The notes: generated by a model from the letters alone, not told the origin. DNA of 61,003 bases from Candidatus Woesearchaeota archaeon (GCA_016180085.1 JACPBX010000031.1:1-61003), one strand, 5' to 3'; shown: positions 45,331 to 55,387, numbered from the stretch's first letter. A program made the numbers and translations.

Positions 45331-45903
45331 GTGGAAATCGTCACAAAGGAAGAGTTTCTTCTGGAGAAGATAAAGTACTTCAAGCTTATCAGCCAGGGCG
45401 CTGTGTTCATATACCCGACAGACACCATTTACGGCATTGGCTGCGATGCCACAAACGAAGCAGCCGTAAAACGGATACGCAGCATAAAACAGCGGAGCTC
45501 CATGCCTTTCTCTGTCATTGCGCCTTCAAGGAGGTGGGTATCGGAAAACTGCCAGCTCTCGCCGGAAGGGGAAAAATGGCTTGGAAGGCTTCCCGGGCCG
45601 TACACGCTTATTTTCAGGCTGAAAAACAAGTCAGCCATTGCGGCAGCTGTAAACCTGGGCGGCAACACCCTGGGCATACGGATGCCAGAACATTGGATAA
45701 GGGGCGTTGTTGCAGAGCTCGAACTTCCCGTAATCAGCACAAGCGCAAACATCACAGGCGAGCCCTACATGGCTTCCATAGAAGACCTTGACGACTCAAT
45801 CAGGCAGAAGGTGGACTTCATCGTTTACGAGGGCGAAAAGCAGGGCAAGCCATCAACCATAGTCAAGCTGTTTGAGAGGGAAGTTGAGGTTGTGGAGAGG
45901 TAA
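45331..45903 (+). CDS. tsaC: L-threonylcarbamoyladenylate synthase (TsaC/Sua5, single domain)
   Basis: YPTDTIYGIGC, PGPYT, GIRMP, STSANITG and PSTIV motifs. Confidence 0.92.
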   Translation: MEIVTKEEFLLEKIKYFKLISQGAVFIYPTDTIYGIGCDATNEAAVKRIRSIKQRSSMPFSVIAPSRRWVSENCQLSPEGEKWLGRLPGPYTLIFRLKNKSAIAAAVNLGGNTLGIRMPEHWIRGVVAELELPVISTSANITGEPYMASIEDLDDSIRQKVDFIVYEGEKQGKPSTIVKLFEREVEVVER

Positions 45904-45972
45904 GCCAAAAAAAGTTTATCCCTGCAACAAACAGTCAGGCTGAAGCCCGGCCGCTTTGACTTTAGTGGGCTA

Positions 45973-46644
45973 TTATTTATAACTGCATTCTGCCGCGTTT
46001 AGTTGTACGTAGCGTCTGTTTGCAGGCCGCTTCCCTGCGCCTACGCCTAGAATATCGGGAGCTGTTGCTAATCCTAATTCCTCTAGTATTTCCTGTAAGC
46101 CGATCAAGCGCGAGTTACGGGCAAGCTCTTTCCGCCTAGCCGCGTAAGATTCAAAGGTAGGCGGAGGTTGGTCTCCGTTACCAACTACTCTTTTATGTCC
46201 TGTGCCGTAAGTTACAATGTAGTTAACAAGATGCGGCACCTTCCCAAACTCGTCGCGAAGAAAGAAAAACACACGGTAAGGCAACTGGGTTTCTTTCCCT
46301 TTCTCTTCAGGAGTCTTAAGCTTAGCAAGACGCTCATTAAGACCACGGTGAATATCATGCAGACAGGATTGCAGCCATACTTGATGGCGCTTCTGATCTG
46401 TTGGCGGCAACTTGAATGTATTTTTACCGTACACTGCAGCGTGAAGACCATTGACGGTGAAACAAATGAGCTCATAAAGCTGCTCAGGGGTTGCTCTTCC
46501 GAGTATCGGATGCTCACCACTCATCCTTTCGATAATATCAGCTAGGACTGGCTGTTCCCAAAGCCTTGTGCCAATTCGGGGCACACCGCTTTGGGGCGAA
46601 CTGCCTGCTTCCTCTAGCACTTTTATTTCTAGTACGTCGCCCAT
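45973..46644 (-). CDS. Hypothetical protein (orphan)
   Basis: 223-aa ORF with its own TTTAAATA box. Confidence 0.6.
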   Translation of the reverse strand: MGDVLEIKVLEEAGSSPQSGVPRIGTRLWEQPVLADIIERMSGEHPILGRATPEQLYELICFTVNGLHAAVYGKNTFKLPPTDQKRHQVWLQSCLHDIHRGLNERLAKLKTPEEKGKETQLPYRVFFFLRDEFGKVPHLVNYIVTYGTGHKRVVGNGDQPPPTFESYAARRKELARNSRLIGLQEILEELGLATAPDILGVGAGKRPANRRYVQLNAAECSYK

Positions 46645-46765
46645 TGTGCTTCCCTACAAGCATATGTAGGTCAATATTTAAATCTTTCTATTTTTATCAC
46701 TATTTAGTGGCTACTTTATTGAGGCAGCGATGGTTTTATATACTAGCCCAGCCTACCCGTAAGCT

Positions 46766-47386
46766 ATGAAAATCCTTGCAGCAGGCTGCATCCATAGCAA
46801 CAGCACATTAATTGAATCCCTTGCAGAGCAGGCGGAGAAGGAGAACGTTGATTTGGTTGTGCTGTGCGGCGACCTGACCTATGGCGAGCAGAGCACTGAC
46901 AACATCATAGGCCCGTTTGTAAAGAAGGGCAAAAAGGTTGCCCTCGTTCCTGGCAACCACGAAACCGTTGCAACTGCAGAGTTTCTCGCCAAAAAATACG
47001 GCGCTGTCAACCTTCACGGCTACCACCTTAAGCATGAAAACGCTGATGGAACCGGAACTGTCGGCTTCTTTGGCTGCGGGGGAGCAAACATAGGGCTGTT
47101 TCAGCTGCCGGAAGAAGAAATATTCTACACCCTTTACAAGGCCCACAAGGGCGTAAAGGACGCCAGGAAGCGCATCATGGTAACGCATGTGCATCCAAAG
47201 GACACAATGATTGAGCAGTTTTCTGACTTTGTGCGGGGCAGCAGCGGCGTAAAGAAGGCAATAGACATCCTAAAGCCTGACCTTTTGCTGTGCAGCCATG
47301 TCCACGAGGCATCCGGCCTGGAAGAAACTGTTGGCACGACAAGGGTCATCAATGTCAGCAAAGTTGGAAAGGTTATTGAGGTTTGA
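46766..47386 (+). CDS. Calcineurin-like metallophosphoesterase
   Basis: CIH (variant of DxH), GDL, GNHE, TH and HVHE motifs. Confidence 0.88.
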   Translation: MKILAAGCIHSNSTLIESLAEQAEKENVDLVVLCGDLTYGEQSTDNIIGPFVKKGKKVALVPGNHETVATAEFLAKKYGAVNLHGYHLKHENADGTGTVGFFGCGGANIGLFQLPEEEIFYTLYKAHKGVKDARKRIMVTHVHPKDTMIEQFSDFVRGSSGVKKAIDILKPDLLLCSHVHEASGLEETVGTTRVINVSKVGKVIEV

Positions 47387-47984
47387 GTTCTGCGAGCTTT
47401 TTGCTGAGCGTGAGGGTTGCGGCCCTCATTTTCAGATAAGCCTGTTCTCCGCCGTTGTCGCTTTGCAGCGGGAGCAGGTCGTAACTGACAAGGTCAACAC
47501 CATCTTTGGGCGTGAATGGCAGGCTGCGATGCCATGCCCCCATCTCTTCCAGTAGCGCTTCATATAATAGAGCCCACGTTCCCATGCTTCTCAAGGGAAA
47601 CGTTATTTGACCAGGGGTTATCTGTCCTTTGAAAGGAGTTTCGCCATACGCAGTGCCAACTATTATGCCGTTGGCAATGTAGTGGTCTGGTGTTTTGGAG
47701 AACACCACGCGCAGGAGGCTCTCCAAGCCCTGTGCCTCGCCTCCTCCAACCAGTGTGCTTCTGAGCACGTGCTGCGCCTGGCTATCGGCAGGCGAACCAC
47801 GGCTCTGCACATAATGCCGTATAACTTTCCCTACAACTTCGTCAAGCCATTTTTGATATTCGGTCTGGGAAGGCTGAAAAGGTTTTTTGGGAAAGTCGTC
47901 CAACATTTTTACCAGATCGGGATGCCTCCCAAGCAGGGCATCTACCCATTGATTCAACTCGCCAGGGTCCTTTTCAGGTGTCAT
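47373..47984 (-). CDS. Hypothetical protein (orphan)
   Basis: 203-aa ORF directly downstream of rtcB with an AGGAG RBS. Confidence 0.6.
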   Translation of the reverse strand: MTPEKDPGELNQWVDALLGRHPDLVKMLDDFPKKPFQPSQTEYQKWLDEVVGKVIRHYVQSRGSPADSQAQHVLRSTLVGGGEAQGLESLLRVVFSKTPDHYIANGIIVGTAYGETPFKGQITPGQITFPLRSMGTWALLYEALLEEMGAWHRSLPFTPKDGVDLVSYDLLPLQSDNGGEQAYLKMRAATLTLSKKLAELKPQ

Positions 47985-48011
47985 CAGTCTCTGCTCCTAA
48001 CTTTTAACTTT

Positions 48012-50942
48012 TTATCCCTTCACTACTCCCAAAGGCGTCAGCCTTGCTACCAGCTTTCCCAGCTTTGCCTCGTTGGAAACCCGGCAGACTTCGTCAACGT
48101 CCTTGTAAGCCGGAACGTGCTCCTCTGCTATGCCTTTCCAGCTTGCTGCCTTCACAAGTATGCCGCGCTGCTCCAGCTCTTTTGCTACAGCCTCTCCCCT
48201 GAACCTGTGAATTGCCTCTGCCCTGGACATCTCCCTTCCTGCGCCATGCGCTGTGCTGCCCCAGCTCCTCTCCTCTGCCTCATTAGTGCCGACAAGAACG
48301 TAACTTGCAGTGCCCATAGTTCCCGGAATAAAAACCGGCTGCCCAACATCACGATACACTTCGTTGACCTCTTCTCTTCCAGGGCCAAAGCTTCTGGTAG
48401 CGCCTTTCCTGTGCACGCAAAGCTCTTTCAGCTCTCCATCAACCTTGTGTTTCTCGATTTTGCCGATGTTGTGGCAGACGTCATAGACCTGCTTCATGCC
48501 GTGGTCAGTGCCCATGACCTTTTTGAAGCTGTCACGAATCCAGTGCACAATCATCTGCCTGTTTGCGAATGCGTAGTTCATTCCTGCGCACATTGCCTTG
48601 AAGTATTTCTGGCCGAGTTCAGAGTTGAATGGCGCGTTAATCAGCTCCCGGTCTGGCAGGTCAGCAAAGCCATACTTCTTCTCCATTTCGCGGATGTAGT
48701 CTGAAGCCACCTGGTGGCCCAGGCCTCGGCTTCCGCAGTGGACCATCACAGTTACCTGGCCTTTGCCGGTTATTCCAAAAGCCGCTGCTGTTTTTTCATC
48801 ATAAACAGCATCCACAGCCTGTATTTCCAAAAAGTGGTTGCCAGCTCCCAGTGTTCCGAGCTGCGGTTTGCCCCGGGCAATTGCCGTGTGCGAAACGAAC
48901 TGGGGGTCTGCCTGCTTCATGTAGCCATACTCTTCTGTTGCTGCCAAATCGTCCTTGGTGCCGTAGCCCTGTTCCAGGCTCCAGCGGGAGCCTTTTGCAA
49001 GGATTTCGTTCATCTCAGCATCAGAAAGCCTTGTCAGGCCTCCTCTGCCTACCCCTGAAGGGACCTCAGCAAAAAGAGTGTCAAGAAGCTGCTTGAGCTT
49101 TGGCTTTATGTCGTCTGGAGTCCAGTCTGTGCGAACGAGGCGGACGCCGCAGTTTGAAACTACCATGCCATTCGCAAGGAAGTTGTGGTTTTTCTGTATA
49201 GTAAAATCGTAGACTTGTTCCACTCCTGCGGGGGTGACGCTGGCTATTGTATCAAAAAGGACGCCAGTATGCTGTAAATCCGTTTGGCACGCTCGGACAA
49301 ACTCGTTGAAGGAAATGAAGTTCAGCGTTATACGGGAGGGAGTATTTTCATAGAGGCAGCGCTCGATGAATCGCTCGTTTGCAATACGAGAAATAAGGAG
49401 TTTTTTTATTTCAGATGGGCGCAACTGCTTCTGTTTGAGCTCCTTGACCATGTGCGCAATCGCAGTTCTTTGCGCGGTTAACGCTTGCTTCTTTAGGATA
49501 TACAGGACGGCAATGTTGGCCAATGCTGCCCTTTTCCCATTATACTCAAATCCAATTGTCCTATACAGAGTGAGCAGGTTATCTTCATCTGCTGAGAGAA
49601 TCAGTCTAAGCCGATAGGTTTCCCCCTGCTTGTTCCTGAACTCCTTTCTTTGGGCAAGCTTATTGGTTTTGACGCCAAGGTCATCTAACAGTTGCATGAT
49701 ATCAACCATGAATGACCTTCCGGCTTCAAGCACACTTGCTGTTTTGTTTTGACCAAATACAGGGGAATAAAAACCGGTTTTTGTGTGAGTTTTCGGGGTG
49801 GTGAGTTCTGCGCCAAACAAGCCTGCCAAAAAAAGCCGCTTAATCCATTGTGGCGCTGTTTTAACCCATGCTGGAATAGAATAGCCTGTGGATGCTTTTT
49901 TTCCTAGCGGCATGCCTAAAGCAACAAAGAGTTTTGCCAAGGATGTCGAAGATACATGAAGCTCATAGTTCGTGGAAGTGAACGATTTGGTACCGTACTG
50001 GTCTGTAATTTTATGGTCAGGGGTTCGTTCATAGATGCTGGCAGTATAGCCTATTTTTTCCAAGTCACCCTGCATTAGCTCCAGGTCTTTTTTTTCGCCA
50101 TACACATGTATTTGTCCTTTTTTTGCAGAGAAGTAAACGATGCCATCCCCAAAGAGGTAGCCTAGGATCTTCGTAAGGTAAGGGAGAGCTGCAGAATTCT
50201 CGCGAAGCGGCAGGAGGCCCCTTTTTTTTAGTTGGACGATACATTCCTGGGAAACAATAGACGTTTCGTCAACGATAATCCTAGGAGAAGGGTCTGCGTA
50301 GGCAGTGCCGAAAAAGGGGTATACACTAACAGAGTTGCCAGGTTTTAGCTCGCCCAAGGATAACATTCCCGCCCGTGTAAGGAAAGGATGCTCAAGAGTT
50401 GCGCGAATAGTGAATCCGGCCTCTGTGATAAGCTCATAGACCTGCTGGGGAGCGGTCTTTTTCATGAAAAAGAGTGGTAGGTCTGTTTCAAGGCTCTTCA
50501 TTTGATGGTTGTAAGAGAGAATCGGGAGGGCAGCAAATCGTTTAAGCAAAAGTGAGCTTGATTGGGAAGCGTCGGTAGAAAAGTCCTGTTCAAAGTCTTT
50601 GATTGGCTTGTGAAAGCCCAATTCTGTAAGGACAAAGCTATCGCCCGTAATGCAGTTGACATCGTAGCCAATGCCGCCTGGTGAGATTATCCCCTCGTTT
50701 GTGTCAAATGCTGCAACGCCGCCGATTGGAAAACCATAGCCCTCATGGGCATCAGGCATCACATAAGAATATTTTTGAATTCCCTTGAGATGAGCAACAT
50801 TTGCTGCCTGCATCAAAGTCCTATCCTGCTGTATCTTCTGTACCAGCTTCTCAGATGCGAAGATTCTCGCAGGCACTCTCATGCCTCCATGCTTGGGTAT
50901 TTCCCACTCGTACTCTGATATTTTCTTTAGTTCCATTGCCAT
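48012..50942 (-). CDS. rtcB: RNA-splicing ligase RtcB, intein-containing
   Basis: MPDAHEGYGFPIG, GYDVN|CGVR, GNHFLE, HCGSRG, HRKGATR and HGAGR motifs. Confidence 0.96.
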   Translation of the reverse strand: MAMELKKISEYEWEIPKHGGMRVPARIFASEKLVQKIQQDRTLMQAANVAHLKGIQKYSYVMPDAHEGYGFPIGGVAAFDTNEGIISPGGIGYDVNCITGDSFVLTELGFHKPIKDFEQDFSTDASQSSSLLLKRFAALPILSYNHQMKSLETDLPLFFMKKTAPQQVYELITEAGFTIRATLEHPFLTRAGMLSLGELKPGNSVSVYPFFGTAYADPSPRIIVDETSIVSQECIVQLKKRGLLPLRENSAALPYLTKILGYLFGDGIVYFSAKKGQIHVYGEKKDLELMQGDLEKIGYTASIYERTPDHKITDQYGTKSFTSTNYELHVSSTSLAKLFVALGMPLGKKASTGYSIPAWVKTAPQWIKRLFLAGLFGAELTTPKTHTKTGFYSPVFGQNKTASVLEAGRSFMVDIMQLLDDLGVKTNKLAQRKEFRNKQGETYRLRLILSADEDNLLTLYRTIGFEYNGKRAALANIAVLYILKKQALTAQRTAIAHMVKELKQKQLRPSEIKKLLISRIANERFIERCLYENTPSRITLNFISFNEFVRACQTDLQHTGVLFDTIASVTPAGVEQVYDFTIQKNHNFLANGMVVSNCGVRLVRTDWTPDDIKPKLKQLLDTLFAEVPSGVGRGGLTRLSDAEMNEILAKGSRWSLEQGYGTKDDLAATEEYGYMKQADPQFVSHTAIARGKPQLGTLGAGNHFLEIQAVDAVYDEKTAAAFGITGKGQVTVMVHCGSRGLGHQVASDYIREMEKKYGFADLPDRELINAPFNSELGQKYFKAMCAGMNYAFANRQMIVHWIRDSFKKVMGTDHGMKQVYDVCHNIGKIEKHKVDGELKELCVHRKGATRSFGPGREEVNEVYRDVGQPVFIPGTMGTASYVLVGTNEAEERSWGSTAHGAGREMSRAEAIHRFRGEAVAKELEQRGILVKAASWKGIAEEHVPAYKDVDEVCRVSNEAKLGKLVARLTPLGVVKG
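49152..50654 (-). mobile_element. 501-aa intein with LAGLIDADG homing endonuclease
   Basis: Starts CITGDS; contains ATLEHPF, LGYLFGDG and FLAGLFGAE; ends VYDFT...NHNFLANGMVVSN before the extein Cys. Confidence 0.93.
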
Positions 50943-50992
50943 TCTTTCGTTTTCACCTCCGCCGCGTTTTGGCAGCTGCGTTGGTTTAAAAA

Positions 50993-51730
50993 TTATTTGA
51001 CATGCGCCACGATTGTCTCAGCAAAATGTTTCGGCTTGTGGAATGGCCAGTAGTGGTCTCCGTCAACAATTGCCAGTTTGGAGTTTCGTATCATTTTGTT
51101 CAGGACTTCGGCTGCTGTCGCAGGGAAAACATCGTCCTTTGAGCACCATATTATGGCTGTTTCTACGGGTATCTTCTGGAACAGGTAGCAGCAGTGCGTT
51201 TTTGTGCTTGCCCTTATCTCCCTGAACAGCTTTCGCCTTCCCGAATGCCCCATGCCAGCCATGAAAGCTGCTGACGATGCATACCTGTGGAAGAAATGGC
51301 TGACTTTGCCGCGGGCCAGCATAAGCAGCGAGCTCCTTACAAGGTTAGCAAGCATTTTTGCAAAAGAGGCCTGCCTTGGAACTCCTGCTGTGTTTATCAG
51401 CACCAGCTTTGAAACGAGCTTTTTGTCGTGGGAAATCAAGCCAGCTACCGCTCCCCCAAATGATATTCCGACAACAGCTGCTTTTGTGATGCCAAGCTTT
51501 TTGGCTAAGGTCCTGACGGACCCTGCTACCCCGCCAATGCTGCTGCATTTCATGTCAAACATGTAAGGCGCATAAACAGTAAAGTGTTCAGCAAGGAGCT
51601 CAAGCGCATGCCTGTAAGTTGGAGGCTGCGCAGGCCAGCCGTGAAGGAACAGCAAAGGCTTGCCTCGGCCGCCGTAAAGGTACCGCACTTTTGTGCCGTT
51701 TAAAGGAATCTGTCTTGTTTCGAGTTTCAT
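50993..51730 (-). CDS. Alpha/beta hydrolase
   Basis: FLHGW and GISFGG nucleophile; Asp in KDD; His in GDH; start overlaps the archease stop. Confidence 0.88.
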   Translation of the reverse strand: MKLETRQIPLNGTKVRYLYGGRGKPLLFLHGWPAQPPTYRHALELLAEHFTVYAPYMFDMKCSSIGGVAGSVRTLAKKLGITKAAVVGISFGGAVAGLISHDKKLVSKLVLINTAGVPRQASFAKMLANLVRSSLLMLARGKVSHFFHRYASSAAFMAGMGHSGRRKLFREIRASTKTHCCYLFQKIPVETAIIWCSKDDVFPATAAEVLNKMIRNSKLAIVDGDHYWPFHKPKHFAETIVAHVK

Positions 51731-52152
51731 ATGTCCACCACAACCTGCACAATCCACTGCTTGCCTTCCTGCTTTACAAGCATGCTGTTGTACGTGCACG
51801 CCTTGACCTGGGGCCCGACTGTTTCGTAGTTTTTTGCCTCGTCACCAGCAGCAACTGCTGTTAGCGAGTATTTTTTGCCCTCGCGGTTAATTTTAATGTT
51901 CTTGAGCTTTGAAAGGAAAAAATTGTCAGTGTCAAGCAGGATTATGAACTGCTCAAGGAAGCTCTGCAGCAGCGACTCCTTATCGGTTCCTTCAGCGGCA
52001 ATGGTTTTAGTGACTTTGGGCTTGACTTCTTTGGTTTCAACCATAACGTTAAACATAGCTGTAGCCGCATTGGCAAACGCCTCTTCGAGAGTTTTGCCGT
52101 AAGCCCTGAACTTCACGTCTGCCGTGTGGGGCAGGTACTCGTACTGTTTCAT
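51727..52152 (-). CDS. Archease
   Basis: HTADV, VKACTY and C-terminal VVVDI. Confidence 0.93.
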   Translation of the reverse strand: MKQYEYLPHTADVKFRAYGKTLEEAFANAATAMFNVMVETKEVKPKVTKTIAAEGTDKESLLQSFLEQFIILLDTDNFFLSKLKNIKINREGKKYSLTAVAAGDEAKNYETVGPQVKACTYNSMLVKQEGKQWIVQVVVDI

Positions 52153-52237
52153 GCTTTTAGGTTGATGCTGTTGCCTTTTTTAATCTTTGTTGCAAAGCTT
52201 AATATAGTTCAAAGGCTGCGGCAGACAAGACCAGTTT

Positions 52238-52519
52238 ATGATAATAACCATAGACACGGAAAGGAGCAACCCTGAGGAGATCAGGAAAGCTGTGAAGATT
52301 CTCGTATCTCTGGAAGAGTCCACTTGGGAGATAAGGGGCGTCATCAGGATGCTTTATGACGTCCTGGCTGCAAAGGTCAACGAGGAGCGGAGGAGGTATA
52401 GGGAGATTATTCGCAAACACGCCAGAACCAGCCCTAACAGAAATAAGGGTGCAAGGCAGGGAGCAGAGCGGGGAGTTGCCAGAAGCGGGGGAATGTTCCA
52501 GGGAGTTGAGATAGGATGA
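52238..52519 (+). CDS. Hypothetical protein (N-terminus paralogous to 53028..53333)
   Basis: MIITIDTERSNPEEIRKAVKILVSL. Confidence 0.6.
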   Translation: MIITIDTERSNPEEIRKAVKILVSLEESTWEIRGVIRMLYDVLAAKVNEERRRYREIIRKHARTSPNRNKGARQGAERGVARSGGMFQGVEIG

Positions 52520-52529
52520 GGAAACGACG

Positions 52530-52955
52530 ATGAAGGACAGAAAGGAATACATTGTCGAGAAGTTCATGGCAAAGCACGTCTTAACAGTCTCGTCTGATGT
52601 TACTGTCACTGAATGCGCCAAGGCTATGGCAAGGCGGAAGGTCAGCAGCGCCGTCATTACAGCCAGGGGCAGGATTGTTGGGATAGTCACCGAAAACGAC
52701 ATATCCCGAAAGTCTGTCGCTGCAGGCCTTGATGCAAAAAGCACAAAGGTAAGCCGGATAATGTCGAAGGACGTGGTTACAATCCCTCCTGAAACTCCTC
52801 TTTACGATGCCATGATAAGGCTGGGGCAGAAAAGGATAAAGCACCTGCCTGTGGTGAAGAACGGGAAGCTGGTTGGCATAATAACAGCCATGGACATGCT
52901 CAGGGTGCAGCCAGCTTACATAGACATACTGTCATATCCGCTGCTTCAGGGGTAA
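52530..52955 (+). CDS. CBS-domain pair protein
   Basis: IVGIVTENDI and HLPVV...LVGIITAMD motifs. Confidence 0.9.
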   Translation: MKDRKEYIVEKFMAKHVLTVSSDVTVTECAKAMARRKVSSAVITARGRIVGIVTENDISRKSVAAGLDAKSTKVSRIMSKDVVTIPPETPLYDAMIRLGQKRIKHLPVVKNGKLVGIITAMDMLRVQPAYIDILSYPLLQG

Positions 52956-53027
52956 AGAGCGCAAAAAAAACAAAACCGCAAAAGTTAAATAACCGGCAAT
53001 TAATTGCTGCCGTTAAAAAGGTGCATT

Positions 53028-53333
53028 ATGAAAATAAGCATAGACACAAAAGAGGACTCCCCGGAAGAGATAAGGAAGCTGATAAGGATGCTCTTGGCGC
53101 TTGTTGGCGACAGCAGCGGCTACAGCGAAAAAACACCTCCATCCACTGGCGAGGGCTTGTTTGACATGTTCGGCGACCCGGCAGCTTCCACGACAGAACA
53201 GCAGCAGATTGGGAAAAGCCAGGGCGATGGAATCACTGACATTAACGACTTTCTGGAGAAATCCGGTGATTCCTCGCAGCAGAAGCCGGGCAGCGGTGAT
53301 GATGACGAAGACATCAGGGTTGTGCCTTACTGA
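53028..53333 (+). CDS. Hypothetical protein with acidic tail
   Basis: MKISIDTKEDSPEEIRKLIRMLLAL; AAGGTG RBS. Confidence 0.7.
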   Translation: MKISIDTKEDSPEEIRKLIRMLLALVGDSSGYSEKTPPSTGEGLFDMFGDPAASTTEQQQIGKSQGDGITDINDFLEKSGDSSQQKPGSGDDDEDIRVVPY

Positions 53334-53588
53334 AATATTTAGTAAAAAAGGGAGTGCCGGCATTTTATTAGCAGCGGCATTTGTTTTTGTAATACTGTCG
53401 CTCTTGATGCGGCATTTTTGTCCTGACAGAAATCTGTTGGCAACGCTGTTAGTAATCGGAGTCGTAGTAGCACTATCCTTAGCAATATTCGGCACCGGTG
53501 ATTTGTTTTCAACATTTTCAGGCCCTAGCCTTTTTACCGGTTTAATTCTGGCCCTGTTTCTCGCACTCGTATTCAAAGGAGTGGCGTG

Positions 53589-53987
53589 CTAAGACTTTGT
53601 CCAGAAGTAAAGCCTCACGACCAGCCTTGTTGAGTTTGTGGTGTTCCCGGCAACGAACATGGAGTTAGCATACACCCTCGTTGCTGGAAGGCCTGATATT
53701 GCCGCATTTGGATTCTCAGAGAGGTTCACTTTGAACTCATACTTGTCTTCCAAGTTGCGGTCAACAGTTTGGTTTATGCATGTGAAATTCTGCTGGATGA
53801 TGCAATTCCTGAAGTTATCATTCCCTCTCAGGGCAGCGAGCACATTGGCTGGTGTCTGGAATGCCGCCTGCTCCCTTTGCTGCGGGATAAAAATAGTGAG
53901 GAATATGAAGGTTATGAATATGGCTATGAACGCTTCAATCGTCCTGAACACTCCCTGTTTGTTGGCACTTAGCCTGTTGTTCACCAT
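53589..53987 (-). CDS. Pilin-like protein with a class III signal peptide
   Basis: KQG|VFRTIEAFIAIFITFIFL. Confidence 0.7.
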   Translation of the reverse strand: MVNNRLSANKQGVFRTIEAFIAIFITFIFLTIFIPQQREQAAFQTPANVLAALRGNDNFRNCIIQQNFTCINQTVDRNLEDKYEFKVNLSENPNAAISGLPATRVYANSMFVAGNTTNSTRLVVRLYFWTKS

Positions 53988-55276
53988 CCTTTTATCCTCA
54001 GCTTGTGCTTTGTCTTTAAGCCGTACTTGTCAAGGACAAACACGTCCTTTTCCCTGGCAAAAACGTTTGTCACCCCTGGGGCTTTCGGCTGGTAGTTGAA
54101 CGCCAGAACTCCATCCGCGTCGTAAAGGGCAAAGGCAAATTCCTTGGAGCTTGGATAGCTCCAGCTTCCCTTAAGCGCATCATAATCAGTTTCGTTCAGT
54201 TTCCTGTAAAGCGCTTTCGAGATGCCTGTGATGTTTTCAGCAATGCCAAAAGCTGCCTTGTGGGGGGAAACATATTTGAGCGTGCTGTTGAAATCGCCAG
54301 AATGGAACAGTATGTCATATCTTGTTTCGTTTTTCATGGCAAAATCAAGGCTTAGCCTTGCTGTTGAGTTGCCTGAGCAGAAGCTTATGTTTGTTCCTTC
54401 CGGCACTATGAATGTTACCCCGCTTATGTCATCGTAGAAGTCTACATAACCGGCTATGCTGGCTGTGCATGTCTGCGCTGAGGAGTTTATCGCTCCTGAA
54501 ACAGCATTGTTTATGTGGAATGATGTGTAGTTCCTGAGCGTTGCCGAGACAACTATGTTATGGGGCTCTTTCGCGTCAGTGCTCACATAGTTTAGGATTC
54601 TTGAAAAGCCAGCCACCACAAAGGATGTGTGGCTGAGTTGCGGGAACGTTGCCTTGTACTTGCCTGACAGTGCTGTTACATTGGCTTCTGTTGTTGCTGT
54701 TTCCGGCCTTAGAGCCAGCCCTTCCATGCTTATGTTGAAGTCGCTGAGCCGTTCCTTGTCAAAGTGGCCTACACTGGCAAGCATTGAGTTCTGGAATTTT
54801 GCAGAGAACCTTTGTGAGTTGACAGAGGCTTCTTGGCCGGTTGCCGTCAGGTCAAGGCTGGCGAACGGGATGGTGTAGTTTTCAGAAGAGGTCACAAGCT
54901 CAAACATGTTCCTTCCCGGGTTGAGCGCTCTTACGAATATCAGCTTGCTGTCTTTGCTGTCAAAGCTCATATTGTCAGTAAAGGAAAAGTTCTTCCAGCT
55001 ATACGGAAAGCCCACTATTATTGGTTCGGTTCCTGACAGGTTTGAAAAGACTATGAGGGGCAGCCTCTGGACCTGCCAGTTTGCGGATTCCTCTATGCCG
55101 TCAGCCACATTTTCAAGCAGCGCATCAGTAACGCTTTGCTGCACAGGCAGCTGCCTTATTGCGATGAAAAATACTCCTATATAGATGAGAAACAGCCCAA
55201 GGCTGATTATCCAGTCAAGGTCAATAGCTATTGCCTTCTTTGATAAGTGCAAAGCTGGTATACGCCTCTTTTTCAT
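53981..55276 (-). CDS. Large pilin-like/surface protein with a class III signal peptide
   Basis: KKA|IAIDLDWIISLGLFLIYI; many NxS/T sequons. Confidence 0.68.
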   Translation of the reverse strand: MKKRRIPALHLSKKAIAIDLDWIISLGLFLIYIGVFFIAIRQLPVQQSVTDALLENVADGIEESANWQVQRLPLIVFSNLSGTEPIIVGFPYSWKNFSFTDNMSFDSKDSKLIFVRALNPGRNMFELVTSSENYTIPFASLDLTATGQEASVNSQRFSAKFQNSMLASVGHFDKERLSDFNISMEGLALRPETATTEANVTALSGKYKATFPQLSHTSFVVAGFSRILNYVSTDAKEPHNIVVSATLRNYTSFHINNAVSGAINSSAQTCTASIAGYVDFYDDISGVTFIVPEGTNISFCSGNSTARLSLDFAMKNETRYDILFHSGDFNSTLKYVSPHKAAFGIAENITGISKALYRKLNETDYDALKGSWSYPSSKEFAFALYDADGVLAFNYQPKAPGVTNVFAREKDVFVLDKYGLKTKHKLRIKGW

Positions 55277-55387
55277 TCACGGTTCCTTCGCAGCTGCTGC
55301 GGCGGCCGCAGCTTTAACTATTATGCGCTTAACACGTAACTTCCAATTCGGAAATTATTTAAAGGTTGTGGGATTTTCGTGCTGGAA

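Noticed and set aside
53319-53330. GTTGTGCCTTAC matching the serS repeat core, at the end of another gene
   Set aside because: It is only 12 bp, both sites encode VPY, and there is no partner repeat nearby, so coincidence is likely.
53101-53592. 163-aa ORF with three hydrophobic segments in its 3' half
   Set aside because: The 5' half overlaps a better-supported gene and no convincing start or RBS exists for the 3' part. It may be a gene fragment but cannot be supported.
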